Assembly (NCBI RefSeq): GCF_964355755.1
Contig: NC_092678.1
Coordinates: 21,531,365 to 21,595,364 of the forward strand
Reading direction: 5' to 3'
DNA length: 64,000 nt
From: Antedon mediterranea
Lineage: Eukaryota; Animalia; Echinodermata
A program made the position numbers and the translations under genes. Of the stretch, positions 61,623-64,000 are shown piece after piece. How positions within the stretch are numbered: the stretch's first letter is position 1; every line of letters starts with the position of its first letter. The notes beneath the pieces were generated by a model that saw only the letters and a list, made by a program, of their open reading frames with translations, was not told the DNA's origin and ran no database searches.

Positions 61623-62854
61623 TACATTTTTTTTTTATCTTGACATTATACAGTATACTCCATCAATATGTGTCTTTGTTTGAAATTTAAAATATTCTAT
61701 AATTATACTTCCTTAATCTCGATAGCAACACATTTTTTATTACAATGTTTTCTGTAAATTCAATTGGATCGAATTATTGTGTGCAGTTACCCTGGAAAAT
61801 AAACTCACTGATAAAGTCCATTGTGCATTGTATGTTAGTCTTATCAAAAGGGGTGTATACTAAAAGATAGTATGGTACTGTACTTAGCAAGGTAAGGCTG
61901 TTGATCGAAAGCTCTATAGGATATTGTCTGACTTCTGTTAGTGGTGAAAGCATCCAATATTGTCGGACTTTTGTTGGTGAAAGAAAATTGTGCCTTGTGA
62001 ATTTGATAAATTTTTTGAACGAAATCTTAGGATAGTGTCAATTCAGACTTCTGTTGGTGGTGAGAAAGCCCAACAACTTCAAGCCTTGTGAATTGTTTTA
62101 AATTTGTTGGAACAAAAATTTGGATATTGTTTAATGTGACTTCCATTGGTGGTGAAAGATCCTGAGAACATCAAGCCTTGTGAATCTAGAATACTTTTGA
62201 GTATTTATTACCACTTTTGGTTCTGAAGAGTCTTCTATTTCTTGCCTTCAGGTTTGTTTCTGAATTATTTTAAATCAGGATATTAACGCTAAAAGTAAAA
62301 TAATCTTTATGACAGTATTTTAGGTACCCAGTGATTTCAAATTCATTGCAATACTTTTGTTCGCATAGGCTTCTCTAATGTAAGAAAAAGTCTGGTGTCT
62401 TTGACCTGAAGAGATGTATGTGAAGGTACAAACCAGCTCTTAATGTCAGTTCACACTAGTGTTCCACCATAGAGAACATCTTAACCTGCTATGATATTGA
62501 CTTTGTTTTGGTACACTGTTGTTTTATTCCAACTTTATACCTAATTTAAAGCAAGATTTGGTTCCCTTATCCCAAGGGCCAATGTTTCCTAAAGCATGTA
62601 ACTTGCCATTGTGGCCAAAAGCTGCCTTCACTTTCAAAAACATGTTTTACTGTATTTCCTGGTTGGGATTTAATAACATTTCCTCGTTGGTAATTTTGTT
62701 AGCATATGAAAAATAACAATGCAATGTGTGGTTGATTATTCATTAATAATAGAACATACAGGTAAGTAAGTGTTAGGGAATTTTGTGTAGTTATTCTGTA
62801 GATTGATAGACAATCTTGAAGAATGGTTGTTGTAGTAACCTTTGACCTAGGTAT

Positions 62855-62900
62855 TGTTATACAACAGTGTTATACAACAGTGTTATACAACAGTGTTATA
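62855..62900. repeat. 13-bp tandem repeat (TGTTATACAACAG), about 3.5 copies
   Basis: Read directly from the sequence. Confidence 0.85.
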
Positions 62901-62999
62901 TAATAATGAATATTAATGCTGCATTATTACACATGCGGAAAAATGGTTCAGTTTATAACAGGCTGTTTAACATGCAGAGTTTTGTTGTATCAGGTTGTG

Positions 63000-63252
63000 T
63001 AGACATGCGACCCTAAACATACCACCATTGACATGCGACTCTAGACATGTCACCCTAGACATGCCATTGTTAACATGGGGAAATTAATATGAAACCCCAA
63101 GATGTGACATCTTAGACATGGGACCCAAAACATAAAACCCTAAACATGTTACCCTAGACATGCTACCCTAGACATGCTACCCTAGACATGTCACCCTAGA
63201 CATGTCACCCTAGACATGTCACCCTACTGTAGATATGATACCCCAGATATGT
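63000..63252. repeat. 14-bp minisatellite (GACATGTCACCCTA), degenerate at the flanks
   Basis: About 6 near-perfect copies at 63143-63225, with decayed copies on both sides. Confidence 0.85.
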
Positions 63253-64000
63253 CTTTTTTACACATGAAGACACTAGCTATGGAGACATGATCATCTTTTT
63301 TCTCCTATGATTTCTTACTCTATGGTTGCAGATGCCAATCGCTTGCACTCATTTCTAAAATTACAACAATAATCAATAAACTTTGTTTTATCATTTTATT
63401 GTGTACTTTTACACTTTATTACTTCACATTGTACCTACATATTAAAGGAATAATATTTGTATCAAAGTGAAACATTTATATAGGAATGATATGGTAAAGG
63501 TTAATCAAATATATTTGTCGTTCACTTCAAGATAAAAGTTATTCACGCCCCTGGTTCAAGTATAACAACATTTACAGCCAGTCTAATATTTAGGGAAGAT
63601 TAATAATACTGTAATGGTTAATCTATGTCCCCAAAAAGAGTAGTTCACACAGCGTTTATGTGTAGGGCAGCTAGCTTTATCCTATACTTGACATTAATGT
63701 GTGTTGGCAAATTCTTTATTAGCAAAACGAGAAAAAAATGTCTTCGCAAATGACAGCCATCACAATTAATCATTAATTAATTTTATTTCAATATTTTATG
63801 AGGGTGATCCATCTGGCTGAAAATGATCACACAAACACAATAGACATAAAAAACATGCAACAATTATAAATAAAAAAAATAACAAAATAAAATAATGCAC
63901 AAGATAATAAGAATCAATTAAAACAATGAATTATTACATTGATTGTGGTGAATTAGTATTATCATATTAATAATAATTATTAATAAATAGAAAAGTACTT

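Noticed and set aside
53506-64000. Further MITF exons (DDVIDDIISLES-like activation domain, bHLH-LZ)
   Set aside because: Not found by eye, and 58254-58330 was checked and is not MITF-like. Presumed downstream of the window, though a short diverged exon could have been missed.

Overview
AT-rich, intron-containing animal genomic DNA, most likely an invertebrate deuterostome such as an echinoderm (inference only). Left to right: (1) the 3' part of BDP1 (TFIIIB B'' subunit, + strand); (2) tail-to-tail with it, a complete 16-exon EEFSEC (selenocysteine-specific elongation factor, - strand, about 570 aa) containing a clear AT-AC U12-type intron; (3) three tandem 4-exon SLC16/monocarboxylate-transporter-like MFS genes (- strand) sharing a near-identical tract suggestive of gene conversion; (4) head-to-head with them, the 5' part of a MiT/TFE (MITF-like) gene spread over at least 39 kb, whose bHLH-LZ exons lie beyond the window. 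The main finding is an apparent internal alternative first coding exon of the MITF-like gene (40458-40586, MVDCAYYNHGG...). It matches vertebrate melanocyte-specific exon 1M (MLEMLEYNHYQ) in position and splice phase, and has CRE-like and CCAAT motifs upstream. The MITF introns also hold dense GATA/RUNX clusters, and a perfect CLEAR site lies 2.1 kb upstream of its ATG. Non-autonomous DNA transposons (MULE-, Kolobok-, Harbinger-, Tc1-like), SINE/LINE fragments and minisatellites fill the introns. All exon calls were read by eye.
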